NCBI GenBank assembly: GCA_046563655.1
Contig: CM102283.1
Location: 744,001-808,000, forward strand
Source: Yuukianura sp. NJ FZ-2021
Lineage: Eukaryota
Reading direction: 5' to 3'
Length of the DNA stretch: 64,000 nucleotides
Shown here: one piece after another, positions 63,463 to 64,000 of the stretch
Layout: the number at the start of each line of letters is the position of its first letter
Numbering within the stretch: position 1 is the stretch's first letter
Notes under the pieces: model-generated
The model's database searches: none
The model's input: only the letters and a program-made list of their open reading frames with translations
Told to the model about the DNA's origin: nothing
Made by a program: the position numbers and the translations under genes

Positions 63463-63810
63463 ATGGCTACAAGGTTGGTTGAGTATAGTTCATCAGAAGA
63501 ATCGGACGATGGGATTACCATTGAAGCAATTCGGTTGAGGCATTGTGTACAATGTAATCAAAAATTAAACCGTGTGATTGAGTTTCAAGGTCACTTGCGT
63601 ACAGCACATCCCAACACGATTAATCAACATGGTAGCGGCTCTCAGCGCAGTGTTCAAAATCCTTTGCCAATTGTTTTGTCCGGTGAAAGCCTAAACGATA
63701 CGTATCAAGAATTCCAAGTTCAAGTTGAGCCTAATCAAGTTTACACTATCGAAGAAATTTTTCAGCGACAACGCTCTTCCTTCATCACTTTGATTCAGAC
63801 GAGGACATGA
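63463..63810 (+). mobile_element. Truncated C2H2-containing ORF resembling the N-terminus of Polinton/Maverick proteins
   Basis: CVQC...HLRTAH finger followed by QHGSG; sits among intronless AT-rich ORFs (e.g. 62636-63007). The family call is inference. Confidence 0.4.
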
Positions 63811-64000
63811 CTGACGTGGAGTGCGTAATTGAAGAAGAATCTGCCAGTGATCGGGACGATGACGATGTTCAAGAAGTCCTAGTGCCACAGGAAGACTTGG
63901 ACGAGTTGGATCCAATTCCAGAAGGGGTTCCAGAACCTGGTCATGCTGTTCGTCGCGTCGTCTTGGTCCAGCGACCACCAGAGGGTCCGGCTGTAGCGGA

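Overview
This is AT-rich eukaryotic DNA with short GT-AG introns, most likely from an arthropod; the intronless divergent ionotropic receptors suggest a springtail-like hexapod (inference). From left to right: (1) a ~4.3 kb tandem duplication of a small secreted Cys peptide plus an intronless divergent ionotropic-receptor-like gene, the first receptor copy being frameshifted. (2) A ~7.2 kb element made of two oppositely oriented arrays of a ~164-bp repeat, bounded by 14-bp inverted repeats. (3) Housekeeping genes FNTB, INO80D and PPT2. (4) A tandem pair of unusual transcription-factor genes: ZAD-like domain, then 5 or 7 Myb/SANT-like domains each on its own symmetric phase-1 exon, then 10 C2H2 fingers. 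(5) A small secreted 6-Cys peptide gene and IRSp53/BAIAP2, both on the minus strand. (6) An intact gag-only copia-type ORF with no pol and no visible LTRs, a candidate domesticated capsid gene. (7) A SID-1/SIDT pseudogene, then a graveyard of relics: F-box-like ORFs, a LINE RT, chromodomains, a Polinton-like terminus, a gypsy gag, an intron-containing PIF1 helicase split by a solo LTR, and a Polinton-like ORF. The best candidates for a novel system are the exon-modular ZAD-(Myb/SANT)n-ZNF genes and the gag-only gene between IRSp53 and SID-1. All calls come from manual reading and recalled motifs; no searches were run.
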